59,799 nt of DNA, from positions 1-59,799 of the forward strand of contig JANYAY010000032.1 of assembly GCA_025361065.1 (NCBI GenBank). Reading direction: 5' to 3'. The notes under the pieces are model-generated. The model made no database searches. It saw only the letters and a program-made list of their open reading frames with translations, and was not told where the DNA came from. Numbering within the stretch: position 1 is the first letter of the stretch; every line of letters starts with the position of its first letter. The stretch comes from Deltaproteobacteria bacterium. GTDB lineage: Bacteria > Desulfobacterota > Syntrophia > Syntrophales > Smithellaceae. Made by a program: the position numbers and the translations under genes. This document shows positions 1 to 9,885 of this stretch, in pieces.

Positions 1-302
1 ACTTCCCGGCCTTTAATGGCAACGATACCCAGTGAGTTCTGTCCTTTGATATGGCTGCCGGATACACCAACATAAGCCGAATTAATGCGGCATCCCGACA
101 TATGTTCAGCATCGTCGATAGCTTTTTTTATAGCTTCCACAGTGCTTTCAATATTGACAACAACACCTTTCCTTAATTCTTTGGCCGGTGACGTACCAAT
201 CCCGATGATATCAATACCGGTATCAGTAACCTCACCAACGATAGCTGTTGTCTTTGTTGTTCCAATATCTATCCCTACTAGAACATTGCTTCTTCTGCCC
301 AT
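1..302 (-). CDS. ftsA: Cell division protein FtsA, N-terminal part (runs off window)
   Basis: Manual translation MGRRSNVLVGIDIGTTKTTAIVGEV...LRKGVVVNIESTVEAIKKAIDDAEHMSG; follows ftsQ; not in the ORF track because it is truncated. Confidence 0.95.
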   Translation of the reverse strand, partial: MGRRSNVLVGIDIGTTKTTAIVGEVTDTGIDIIGIGTSPAKELRKGVVVNIESTVEAIKKAIDDAEHMSGCRINSAYVGVSGSHIKGQNSLGIVAIKGRE

Positions 303-347
303 CAGTTTCTTCTCCACCTTTTAAAATACGCAGCTACTGGCCGCGTT

Positions 348-1193
348 TCATATCCGGTATTGCTTGCCTTTTTTCCCCGGTTCCGGTTGCCCGGAAATAT
401 TTCTCTGCCGGATGGTGATTTTTTTAACATCGCATATATCTACAAAAATATAACCTTTTTTCATACCCCTCTTTTCCACATCGGCCATAACCACATTTAA
501 TTGTTTCAATTTGTTTTCGTAATTATCCGCACCCAGCTTCAGGTAAAGACCGGTATCTGTCAGCAGAGAAAGGCCAAAAATATCATCGATTTTAACTTCT
601 GATATTGCACCCAGATAATTATATCGGCCGGAAGCAGACATCGTTTTCAACAAATTCAGCGTACTCAGTAAGAGCTTGGATTTTTCCTTTTCCCTGCCAT
701 CGATTCCGGTAATAATCGGCAGATCCACGTCATCCCCTTTTCCGAATTTCTTAAAAACAACCCCTTCATTATCCATAAGATAAAAATCGCTGGCTTGCTT
801 GACCATAGCAACAGGATTGCGCTCCCGTACTTCCAGCACCAGCCTGCTGGGAAGTTCCCTGCCGGCATAAATATTTCTCACCCAGGGATTGGCAGAAACA
901 CGCAAAACCAGGGCCTCGGTATTGACGGACAACAGGTTTTGCTGCGGCGGAATCGCTGCCAGAGTTAAAATGTCTTTTTCCGTTAATTCCTTTAACCCGC
1001 GCACGGATACTTCTTTGATCTCAAAATAGGGCATGCTCAATAAATAACTGTAAGCATAAATAAACAACAAACAAAGTACCGCAACAGAAAACAATAATCC
1101 GATCGCACCGGTAAATTCACCAATGCCGTTGGCAATGCGCCGGCGCAGACGGTTCTTTTTAGCGGCAATGCTTGTTTTTAATTTCTTGGACAC
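348..1193 (-). CDS. ftsQ: Cell division protein FtsQ/DivIB
   Basis: Single TM segment followed by POTRA domain (PWVRNIYAGRELPSRLVLEVRER); dcw position. Confidence 0.92.
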   Translation of the reverse strand: MSKKLKTSIAAKKNRLRRRIANGIGEFTGAIGLLFSVAVLCLLFIYAYSYLLSMPYFEIKEVSVRGLKELTEKDILTLAAIPPQQNLLSVNTEALVLRVSANPWVRNIYAGRELPSRLVLEVRERNPVAMVKQASDFYLMDNEGVVFKKFGKGDDVDLPIITGIDGREKEKSKLLLSTLNLLKTMSASGRYNYLGAISEVKIDDIFGLSLLTDTGLYLKLGADNYENKLKQLNVVMADVEKRGMKKGYIFVDICDVKKITIRQRNISGQPEPGKKGKQYRI

Positions 1194-2113
1194 TAATTTT
1201 CTCCAATAACGATTACTTCCGTCTCCAGATCAATACCTTTTTCTTTTTTGGCTCTGTCCGCAATGAGGCCGATTAATGCCAAAACATCGGTTGCGGTTGC
1301 CTTGCCTTTGTTCACGATAAAGTTGGCATGCAAAGTTGAAACTTGTGCATCCCCGCATGATTGTCCTTTAAGACCTATTTTTTCGATGATTTGGCCGGCA
1401 GGCTCCCCCGGTAAATTTTTAAAAATAGATCCGGCATTGGGAAAGGCCAGCGGATGCTTCCTCTGCCGCGCCTGCATGTTTTCTTTTATCTTTGTCCGGA
1501 TTTGTTCGCGATCACCTTTTTCTAATTTCAGCCGGGAATTAAGAATTATTGCTTCCCCGGGCAAAACGGTCCGGCGATAGCTAAATTCTATTTCTTCCCG
1601 CAGCAGTGTTCTTTTTTGACCGCTCAGATCCAGCAGAGACACTTCCGTTACGACATCCTTTATTTCCGACCCGAATGCTCCGGCATTCATCCACACGACG
1701 CCACCGACGCTGCCGGGGATACCCGCGCAAAACTCCAGGCCGGTCAATTCGTGCACGGCGGAAAGTCCTACCACCAAAGCCAGCGCAGCACCGGCCTGAG
1801 CATTGATAAAATGTCCGCCATCCGGCGTTTGCTGGTAATCTATTTCTTTGAGCCCACTCATCAGTAAAATTGCCCCACGGTATCCGCCGTCCCGAACAAT
1901 AACATTCGTTAAGTTTCCCACAGGCAGATAATTAATTTCCGCCGCTTTCAGTTTCCTGACCATTTGACTAAGTTGTTCTTCACTATCAATTACAATCAGG
2001 GCATCGGCATTGCCGCCTACTCTAAGCGATGTATGCTGGGACATCGGTTCGTCATAAAATATTTTCCCGTGCATCCCGCCGAGCACCTCTGAAATTTTCT
2101 TCTTACCGCCCAT
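1193..2113 (-). CDS. murB: UDP-N-acetylenolpyruvoylglucosamine reductase
   Basis: HTSLRVGG, GIPGSVGG..MNAGA, NAGSIFKN, HANFIVN motifs. Confidence 0.97.
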   Translation of the reverse strand: MGGKKKISEVLGGMHGKIFYDEPMSQHTSLRVGGNADALIVIDSEEQLSQMVRKLKAAEINYLPVGNLTNVIVRDGGYRGAILLMSGLKEIDYQQTPDGGHFINAQAGAALALVVGLSAVHELTGLEFCAGIPGSVGGVVWMNAGAFGSEIKDVVTEVSLLDLSGQKRTLLREEIEFSYRRTVLPGEAIILNSRLKLEKGDREQIRTKIKENMQARQRKHPLAFPNAGSIFKNLPGEPAGQIIEKIGLKGQSCGDAQVSTLHANFIVNKGKATATDVLALIGLIADRAKKEKGIDLETEVIVIGEN

Positions 2114-3524
2114 TCGATTCTGCTTCCCGAGCTTTCAGTTGTTTTAAAAAGGCTTCGCCTATCTTATAGACACTGCCGGCACCCAGAGTTAATACCGCAT
2201 CGTTGGGCTTGGCAATTTTCAGTAAATATTCAATTGTATCTTCCGCCTTCGCTATATATTCCACATGAGGATGGCCGGCTTTCTTAATCGCTAAGCTAAG
2301 CGCGGCAGAGTTAACTCCGGCAATCGGCTCTTCGCTGGCGGGATAAATGTCGTTTAAAATCAGAACGTCGGCATCATTGAAAGCCTGCGTGAACTCATCA
2401 AAAAGCGCCTTGGTCCTGGTATAGCGATGCGGCTGAAAAACAACAACGCGCCTTTCCTTCCACACGTGACGGGCTGCCGCCAGTGTTTCTTTGACTTCCG
2501 TCGGATGATGACCGTAATCATCGACAACAGTTATACTCCCGACCTGGCCTTTAATCTCCAGCCGGCGTTGTACGCCCTTAAAGCTCGCCAGTCCTTTCCT
2601 TATTGCCGGGATATCAAGTTCCAGCTCACGGCCAACGGCTATAGCCGCGAGTGAATTATAAACATTGAACATTCCCGGAACATTAAGTTCAATTTCGCCC
2701 ACTATTTCTCCCTTGTAACCAAGGCTATAACTTGTTTTGCTGCCCTGAAATTTAATTTCCCGCGCGCTGTAATCCGCCGCATATTCAATGCCATATGTTA
2801 TGGTTCTGCGCTTAATCTGCGGGGCAATTTCTCTTACGTGCTCATTATCACTGCACATGACCGTACAGCCGTAAAAGGGAACAATATTGGCAAACGTAAG
2901 AAAAGCATCTTTGATTTCTGTGATGCCCGGATAATAATCCAAATGTTCACGATCGATGTTGGTAATGACGGCAATCGTCGGCGAAAGTTTCAGGAAGGAG
3001 CCATCACTCTCGTCCGCTTCGGCAACAATTATTTCGCCATCTCCCAAGCGCGCGTTGCTGCCGATACTGGCCAATTTTCCGCCAATAACCATGGTCGGAT
3101 CAAGGCCGCCACCCGCCAGGATTGTGGCAACCATGGATGTTGTCGTTGTTTTGCCGTGACTGCCGGAAACAGCGACGGAGAATTTCATTTTCAAAAGCTC
3201 GGCGAGCATTTCCGCACGTGGAATTACCGGAATATTCCGGCGGTGGGCCTCCACAACTTCGGGATTTGCCGCCTTTACTGCGGTAGAAGTTACCACAACA
3301 TCGGCATTACCGATATTTTGTGCACTATGACCTGTGGCGACCATTGCCCCCAGTCTCGAGAGACGCAATGTTGTATCGGACTGCTGGGCATCGGAGCCGC
3401 TGATTTTATAGCCCAGGTTGAGCAGAACTTCGGCAATTCCACTCATACCGATGCCGCCGATTCCCACAAAATGAATACATTTTATTTTGCGCTGCATTAA
3501 TCCGGTTTCTCTATCTGTTCCCAT
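2103..3524 (-). CDS. murC: UDP-N-acetylmuramate--L-alanine ligase
   Basis: GIGGIGMSG, GSHGKTTT, EADESDGSF, DDYGHHPTE, FQPHRYTR. Confidence 0.98.
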   Translation of the reverse strand: MGTDRETGLMQRKIKCIHFVGIGGIGMSGIAEVLLNLGYKISGSDAQQSDTTLRLSRLGAMVATGHSAQNIGNADVVVTSTAVKAANPEVVEAHRRNIPVIPRAEMLAELLKMKFSVAVSGSHGKTTTTSMVATILAGGGLDPTMVIGGKLASIGSNARLGDGEIIVAEADESDGSFLKLSPTIAVITNIDREHLDYYPGITEIKDAFLTFANIVPFYGCTVMCSDNEHVREIAPQIKRRTITYGIEYAADYSAREIKFQGSKTSYSLGYKGEIVGEIELNVPGMFNVYNSLAAIAVGRELELDIPAIRKGLASFKGVQRRLEIKGQVGSITVVDDYGHHPTEVKETLAAARHVWKERRVVVFQPHRYTRTKALFDEFTQAFNDADVLILNDIYPASEEPIAGVNSAALSLAIKKAGHPHVEYIAKAEDTIEYLLKIAKPNDAVLTLGAGSVYKIGEAFLKQLKAREAESNGR

Positions 3525-3554
3525 TTTACCGATATTCCTCTTTCATGTTTATCT

Positions 3555-3619
3555 TTAATCAACCACCTCGCGAGCTTGCTGCGGAGAATTAATGCTCGTC
3601 CCGCGTGAGCGGGATTGAA
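3555..3619 (+). repeat. Family A palindromic repeat, short (single-hairpin deletion) variant
   Basis: TTAATCAACCAC...GCTGCGGAGAATTAA...GTCCCGCGTGAGCGGGATT; matches 50909-51013 and the reverse complement of 40371-40472. Confidence 0.85.
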
Positions 3620-3621
3620 CC

Positions 3622-4707
3622 CTAATTCCTCAGCGACATCAACTCAAGGCAGGCATCAACAATATTTGACGCCGCATTGATGTTGCCGAGCTTTGCTGAG
3701 TTCTCTTCCAGCAGTCGCAATTTCTTCGGGTTGCTCAGCAGGCCCTCGACGACTTCAAATAATTTATTGCCACTGAGATCTTTTTCATTAATCATAATTG
3801 CCGCACCTCTATCCGCCAGCGCCTGGGCATTTTTAGTTTGATGATCATTGGTCGCCCAGGGGAAGGGAATTAATATCGGCACTTTCCCGGCCGCAGTAAT
3901 TTCTGCCAGCGATGTCGCTCCGGCCCGGCAGATAATCAAATCCGCCTGACGATAGGCTTCGGCCATATCGATAATAAAGGCGGTAACATCGGCTGAAATT
4001 CCATGACGGTCATAGGCGGCCCTTACTGATTCCACTTCCCGCGCGCCGGTCTGATGCAAAATATGTACTTCATTTTTCATTCCCGATAATTGGGGCAGCA
4101 TCTCAACCACACTTTTATTTATCGCCATAGCTCCCTGAGAGCCGCCAAAGATCAGCAGCTGAAAGAATTTTTTTTCTGCTTTTTGCAGACTCCGCACATT
4201 GATAAATGCCGCCCGGACCGGATTGCCGCTTATCGACACCTTGGAACGTGAAAACAACTCTGCCGTCCGCGCATAAGTTACAAATATTTTATCCGCAAAC
4301 TTTCCCAAAATTCTGTTAGTTATGCCGGGCACCGCATTTTGTTCGGCGATTGCTGTCGGCAGGCCCATAAAATATGCGGCCAGGACCACCGGTCCCGATG
4401 CATAGCCGCCCACACCGATAACCATCTGAGGATGAAACTGTTTCAAGATTCTTCTGGATTGCCACAGGCTTTGCGGAATCTGATAAAAACCTTTCATCAG
4501 TGCTTTCATTCCTCGTCCTTTAATTCCTTCGATTTCAATCGTGCTAAGCTCATAACCTGCAGGACCTAGCAATTTACTTTCAATACCTTTTTGCGTCCCG
4601 ATAAACAGAACTTCCGTCTGTTTGTTTCTTTTAATAAATTCCTCGGCGATGGCTATGCCCGGAAATAAATGTCCTCCTGTTCCTCCTCCGGCAATTACGA
4701 TGCGCAT
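3622..4707 (-). CDS. murG: Undecaprenyl-PP-MurNAc-pentapeptide GlcNAc transferase
   Basis: GGGTGGHLFP, GGYASGP, EQN, GGSQGA, RAGAT motifs. Confidence 0.98.
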   Translation of the reverse strand: MRIVIAGGGTGGHLFPGIAIAEEFIKRNKQTEVLFIGTQKGIESKLLGPAGYELSTIEIEGIKGRGMKALMKGFYQIPQSLWQSRRILKQFHPQMVIGVGGYASGPVVLAAYFMGLPTAIAEQNAVPGITNRILGKFADKIFVTYARTAELFSRSKVSISGNPVRAAFINVRSLQKAEKKFFQLLIFGGSQGAMAINKSVVEMLPQLSGMKNEVHILHQTGAREVESVRAAYDRHGISADVTAFIIDMAEAYRQADLIICRAGATSLAEITAAGKVPILIPFPWATNDHQTKNAQALADRGAAIMINEKDLSGNKLFEVVEGLLSNPKKLRLLEENSAKLGNINAASNIVDACLELMSLRN

Positions 4708-4765
4708 GAGCTTCTCCCGATGAAACAGGAAACGACCAAAATAATCCCGATAATTTCCCCTCTGT

Positions 4766-5875
4766 TCATACTTTTTGCGTCGATATATTCAATAAAATTC
4801 CTACCGCTGTCATACTCATGATAAATGATGTTCCGCCATAGCTCAAAAAAGGCAGGGCCAGCCCCTTTAGCGGGATAATGCCCATGACACCGGCAATATT
4901 AATAAATGCTTCCAAGGCAATTACCATCGTTAACCCCGCGGCCAGGAGCGTACCGAAAAGATCAGGCGCTTTCAGCGAAATCATAAACCCCCGCAAGACA
5001 AAAAGGATAAACATGACAATCACTATTGTTACACCGACAAAACCGCTTTCTTCGGCGATGATGGACAAAATAAAATCGGTATGAGGTTCCGGCAGGTAAA
5101 ATAATTTCTGCATACCATCGCCGATGCCCACGCCAAAAGTTCCCCCGGACCCGAAAGACAAGAGGGATTGAATTATTTGAAAGCCGGTATTGTCCGCATC
5201 CTTCCAGGGATCCAAAAACGCAGTGAGGCGTGCCACCCGATATCCTTTATGCCAGATAAGGCCGATGCCGATAGGAATAAAAGCAGCCCCCAAAATCAGC
5301 AAATGCTTAATCCTTGATCCGGCGAGACTCATCATCAAAAGCATAATTGCCACTATAATTACTGCTGTCCCGAAATCAGGTTCCAATAAAATTGGTAAAA
5401 TGACCACCGCCGTTATAGACAGAGGAACCAGAACGCCGCGGGTAAATTTCTTGAGCTGATGAACTTTGCGCGTTAATAAATGAGCAAGAAAAACCACCAT
5501 TGCAATTTTAACCATTTCTGTCACCTGGAAAGAAAAAAATCCCAGATTCAACCAGCGTGTTGCTCCGCCACGTTTGAGACCGACATGCGGAATCAAAAGC
5601 AGCGTGAGCAAAATCAGAGATACTACTATTCCCGGATAAGCCACTTTCTTTAATAATGCATAGGGAATCTTGCTCATCAGCACCATGGAAATAATGCCCA
5701 AAAAAACAAAGAGCATCTGCTTTTTCAAAAAATACAGACCGTCTTTAAAACGCTCCAATGCAATAATAGAGCTTGATGAATAAATCATCGCCGTACCCAC
5801 AGTTACTAAAATCAGTGTGACCATGAGCAAAATAATGTCCGGCGCTTTATCTTCATTTTTAAGCACAGCATCCAT
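4766..5875 (-). CDS. ftsW: SEDS peptidoglycan polymerase FtsW
   Basis: Multi-TM protein with GATRW, EPDFGT, LPEPHTDFI, SYGGTS. Confidence 0.97.
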   Translation of the reverse strand: MDAVLKNEDKAPDIILLMVTLILVTVGTAMIYSSSSIIALERFKDGLYFLKKQMLFVFLGIISMVLMSKIPYALLKKVAYPGIVVSLILLTLLLIPHVGLKRGGATRWLNLGFFSFQVTEMVKIAMVVFLAHLLTRKVHQLKKFTRGVLVPLSITAVVILPILLEPDFGTAVIIVAIMLLMMSLAGSRIKHLLILGAAFIPIGIGLIWHKGYRVARLTAFLDPWKDADNTGFQIIQSLLSFGSGGTFGVGIGDGMQKLFYLPEPHTDFILSIIAEESGFVGVTIVIVMFILFVLRGFMISLKAPDLFGTLLAAGLTMVIALEAFINIAGVMGIIPLKGLALPFLSYGGTSFIMSMTAVGILLNISTQKV

Positions 5876-7219
5876 TTACAGATTCCTGACTACTTCTTTA
5901 AAAAATTTACCCCGCTCTTTATAATTTTGAAATTCATCAAAACTGGCACAACCGGGAGAAAGCAATATCACGTCTCCGGCTGTTGCATTTTTATAAGCAC
6001 TCTCGACAGCTTCCCGTAAAGTCTGTCTTTTTTCCGCAGGCACAACCTCACCAATCAGAGATTCAATGCGGTTGCGGGCTTCGCCGAACAATATCACTTT
6101 TTTGGCTTTTTTCTTCAGGCTTGGCTGTAGAGTATCAAAATCACCGTCTTTATCCCGCCCGCCTAAAAGCAATATAACAGGCTCGGGAAAAGTATCCAGC
6201 GCACGCCTAACAGACCCGACGTTGGTTCCTTTGGAATCATCATAAAACCTTATGCCCTTTTTCTCACCGGCGAATTCAATCCGATGGGGCAGACCATGGA
6301 AATCGGTAATAGCAGCAATAATGCTGTCCCTGTTGCATCCGCAAAAACGCGCAGCCATCACAGCAGCCATTACATTTTCCACGTTATGCAAACCGGGTAT
6401 TTTAATCATGTCCAGCGGATATTGCTCCTGACTGCCGTCGAACATTTCAAAAACAAGAACATCTTCCTTTAAATATATCCCCTGTTGTATTTGTCTTGCC
6501 GAGCTGAACAGTGCAACCTTCGCCTGAATACCGTAACTCATTGACTCTGTGGCCTCGTCTTCGGCATTGAGAATAGCAAAATCAGATTTGTTCTGATTGG
6601 CAAATATTCTGGCCTTAATGCGGCGGTACTCGTCAAAAGAACCGTGATAATTAATATGATCACATGTAACATTCAAAATTATCGAGACAAAAGGCCGGAA
6701 CTTCTCCACCCACTGCAATTGGAAACTGCTGATTTCGGCTACGACAAAATCTTCCTTCTGTGCCGTACCGGCATATTGAATCAAAGGATTACCGATATTG
6801 CCGCCGACAAATACTCTCTTTCCTGACCGGGCAAGAATTTCTCCCAACAGGCTTACTGTTGTTGTTTTCCCGTTAGTTCCGGTAACCGCGATCACCGGTT
6901 TTTTCAGAAACCGGAAGGCCAGTTCAATTTCACTGATCACCGGAATTTTTTTCCGCACGGCCGCCGTAATAATTTCATTATAAGGCGGTATCCCCGGTGA
7001 CGGGATAACCATGTCTGCGCCACTCAAGATAGCGGCATCGTATGCTCCGGTTTCCAGCCATTTTTTATCGGCAATATGCTTGTATTGTGTATCCCACTGC
7101 TGGGGCGGTTTTTCATCGGTAACCACAACTCGGCAGCCCTGTAAACCTAAAAATCCGGCCGTGGCGATTCCTGTTTTGCCCATGCCAATGACAACTATTT
7201 TTTTATCTTTCAAATCCAT
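5876..7219 (-). CDS. murD: UDP-MurNAc-L-Ala--D-glutamate ligase
   Basis: GMGKTG, SPGIP, TGTNGKTT, DDSKGTN, SPGCASFD; start reset to ATG 7219 because the upstream extension is repeat sequence. Confidence 0.97.
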   Translation of the reverse strand: MDLKDKKIVVIGMGKTGIATAGFLGLQGCRVVVTDEKPPQQWDTQYKHIADKKWLETGAYDAAILSGADMVIPSPGIPPYNEIITAAVRKKIPVISEIELAFRFLKKPVIAVTGTNGKTTTVSLLGEILARSGKRVFVGGNIGNPLIQYAGTAQKEDFVVAEISSFQLQWVEKFRPFVSIILNVTCDHINYHGSFDEYRRIKARIFANQNKSDFAILNAEDEATESMSYGIQAKVALFSSARQIQQGIYLKEDVLVFEMFDGSQEQYPLDMIKIPGLHNVENVMAAVMAARFCGCNRDSIIAAITDFHGLPHRIEFAGEKKGIRFYDDSKGTNVGSVRRALDTFPEPVILLLGGRDKDGDFDTLQPSLKKKAKKVILFGEARNRIESLIGEVVPAEKRQTLREAVESAYKNATAGDVILLSPGCASFDEFQNYKERGKFFKEVVRNL

Positions 7220-7227
7220 GTTACCCC

Positions 7228-7337
7228 TAAGCCGTTCATCAACGATAACCGTAACCTTGTGATATCTTGACCGGCATAAGGGACCGTAACGAAATGATAT
7301 TGCCACCCCCAAGGTGGTTATTTCGAACGGTCCCTAA
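7228..7337 (-). repeat. Family B two-hairpin intergenic element, copy 1 (mraY-murD)
   Basis: Aligns over about 110 bp with 30100-30230; stem GGGACCGT/ACGGTCCC flanked by TAA. Confidence 0.85.
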
Positions 7338-8413
7338 CGTAACTTCAATGTGCTTATCGCCATCAAGGCCAGCAAAATGGAAATTACCCAAAAACGCACG
7401 ATTACTTTTGGTTCCGCCCAGCCTTTCAATTCAAAATGATGATGCAACGGCGCCATCCGGAAAATACGCTTTCCCTGTGTCAGTTTGAAATAGCCCACTT
7501 GAAAAATTACGGAAAACGTTTCAATCACAAAAATGCCGCCGACAATGACCAGCAGAATTTCCTGTTTGGTAATTACTGCCATCATTCCTAAAGCTCCGCC
7601 TAACGATAGCGAACCGACGTCACCCATAAATACTTCCGCAGGATAAGAATTAAACCAGAGGAAACCTAAGGAGGCCCCGACCAGAGCCCCGCAAAATACC
7701 GCCAACTCACCGGCGCCGGCAACGTAAGGAATTTGCAGATACGTTGATACTTTTACGTTACCGGCAAAATAGGCAAACATTAAATAAGTGGCAAAGCAAA
7801 TGGTAGCCGGACCGATAGCCAGCCCATCCAATCCATCGGTGAGATTAACCGCATTAGCCGCACCCACAATGATAAATGTCGAAAGCAGAACATAACCCCA
7901 GCCGAGATTTGGTAGAACTGTTTTAAAAAACGGGATGGTAACCTGTGAATTAAAGCCCGGTTTTATATAAAGAATGATGCTCACAAACAGAGCAATCATT
8001 ATCTCTATAGTGAGCCTTGTTTTACCGGACACCCCTTTGGAATTTTTTCCGATGAGTTTAAGATAATCATCGACAAAACCAATCAAACCGTATCCCACCG
8101 TCACCAGTAATATCAGCCAAACATAATCAATAGTAAGATTTGCCCAGAGCAATGTCGAAACGACAACAGCAAAAATTATCAATACCCCGCCCATCGTTGG
8201 CGTACCTTTTTTAGACAGATGGCTTTGCGGACCGTCTTCTCTGATCTGCTGGCCTATTTGCATGCTTTGCAATTTCCGAATCAGCCAGGGACCTATAACG
8301 AAACATATTACCAGCGCAGTAATCGTTGCATAAATCGTCCGGAATGTGATGTAACGAAATACATTAAACGATGAAAATGTCGTATGTAAGGGATATAATA
8401 AATGGTAAATCAA
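7334..8413 (-). CDS. mraY: Phospho-N-acetylmuramoyl-pentapeptide transferase
   Basis: [37 protein letters not shown]. Confidence 0.98.
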   Translation of the reverse strand: MIYHLLYPLHTTFSSFNVFRYITFRTIYATITALVICFVIGPWLIRKLQSMQIGQQIREDGPQSHLSKKGTPTMGGVLIIFAVVVSTLLWANLTIDYVWLILLVTVGYGLIGFVDDYLKLIGKNSKGVSGKTRLTIEIMIALFVSIILYIKPGFNSQVTIPFFKTVLPNLGWGYVLLSTFIIVGAANAVNLTDGLDGLAIGPATICFATYLMFAYFAGNVKVSTYLQIPYVAGAGELAVFCGALVGASLGFLWFNSYPAEVFMGDVGSLSLGGALGMMAVITKQEILLVIVGGIFVIETFSVIFQVGYFKLTQGKRIFRMAPLHHHFELKGWAEPKVIVRFWVISILLALMAISTLKLR

Positions 8414-9882
8414 TTTTCATTCACTCCCGACAAATGAACTGTTGCACTGTTCTTTGCTCCGGCGGCAGCTATGCCGAAGAGATTGCATATTTGAGCTGCA
8501 ATCTTTTCCATTTTCAGCCGCCGCGACCCTTTCACCAGGATCCAGTCACACTTCTTTAAATTATTTTTCAAAAACAGCATGCCGTCTTCTTCTTCGGACA
8601 AAAAGAAAATATTTTGCGGCAGCATGCCACCTTCGATCGCACCGGCTGCTGTAACTGCGGAAAAATCACCCTTCAAAAAAACAGCATTTACGCCGATTGT
8701 CGCCATCAGGAACCCTATTTTACGATGCATTTCGTCAGCTGCGGCACCTAATTCCAGCATGTCTCCTAAAAACACATAGCCACTGTGATGGTTCTTCAAA
8801 TCTTTCAGTGTCATCAGCGCTTCGCGCACTGATGCCGGGTTGGCATTGTAGGAATCATCTAAAACATAGGCGCAGTTTTGCAGTTTGATCATTTGCATGC
8901 GCCCGGAAACCGGTTGAAATGCAGCCAGTCCTTCCGCAATCGTTTTACAGTCAATCCCTGCCGCCCAGGCTGCTGCTGCTGCCGCCAGCGCGTTGTAGAC
9001 ATGGTGGATGCCGACAATTTTCATGTCCAGCTTGATGACGTTGCCACCGATTACCAGTTTGAAACGTACGCCGCGGGCACCGTTTTTTTCTATGTCCTTT
9101 GCTGTAACGTCGGCATCAGGACTCATACCGAAAGTAATGCGGCGGCCCAGCCATCTCTCGGAAATAATACGAACGGCTTCATCATCCACATTAACTATTG
9201 CCGTTCCTGCAGGGTCCATATTAAAAAACAAATCTCCTTTTTCCTCGCGGACGATATCCACAGACCCGAAGCCGGCCAAATGCGCAGGACCGATATTGGT
9301 AATCAAACCGATATCCGGGGCGGCAATTTGTGTCAGCCTTTTAATCTCGCCGCGTGTATTCGTGCCCATTTCCAGAATGGCTAATTCGTGATCTTTCATT
9401 AAACGAAATATCGTTTGCGGCAATCCGATCAGATTGTTCAGGTTGCCTTCTGTTGTTAAGGTTATTCTCGCCCGGCCGATAATTGCCGCCATCATTTCCT
9501 TTGTGGTTGTCTTTCCCGAAGAACCGGTTAATCCAATCACCGGGATGGAAAAGCGCTTTCGGTAATTTTGCGCTAGATCACCCAGTGCTTGTAATGTATC
9601 GGCAACTTTAATTACAGTTACTTTCTTTCCCGGCAGAGCCGGCTCTAATTTAGTCTCATTGTGCACCAAAAGACCCGCGGCTCCCTGCTCTAATGCCCTT
9701 CGGATAAAATCGTGGCCGTCATATTTTTCGCCTTGCAGGGCAATAAATAAATTCCCATCCTCAGCCTTCCGGGAATCGGTTGTAATTCCATAAAATTTAT
9801 TTCCTTGCTCTCCTGCAAGCAAAACACCGCCGGTTGCTATCAATACCTGCTTGGCAGTATATATCGGGGAGGCACTGACCAT
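8410..9882 (-). CDS. murF: UDP-MurNAc-tripeptide--D-Ala-D-Ala ligase
   Basis: [40 protein letters not shown]. Confidence 0.97.
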   Translation of the reverse strand: MVSASPIYTAKQVLIATGGVLLAGEQGNKFYGITTDSRKAEDGNLFIALQGEKYDGHDFIRRALEQGAAGLLVHNETKLEPALPGKKVTVIKVADTLQALGDLAQNYRKRFSIPVIGLTGSSGKTTTKEMMAAIIGRARITLTTEGNLNNLIGLPQTIFRLMKDHELAILEMGTNTRGEIKRLTQIAAPDIGLITNIGPAHLAGFGSVDIVREEKGDLFFNMDPAGTAIVNVDDEAVRIISERWLGRRITFGMSPDADVTAKDIEKNGARGVRFKLVIGGNVIKLDMKIVGIHHVYNALAAAAAAWAAGIDCKTIAEGLAAFQPVSGRMQMIKLQNCAYVLDDSYNANPASVREALMTLKDLKNHHSGYVFLGDMLELGAAADEMHRKIGFLMATIGVNAVFLKGDFSAVTAAGAIEGGMLPQNIFFLSEEEDGMLFLKNNLKKCDWILVKGSRRLKMEKIAAQICNLFGIAAAGAKNSATVHLSGVNEN

Positions 9883-9885
9883 AAA

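Noticed and set aside
7220..7312. N-terminal extension of MurD, and ORF 30088..30285
   Set aside because: Both read through family B repeat sequence with no protein-family signal
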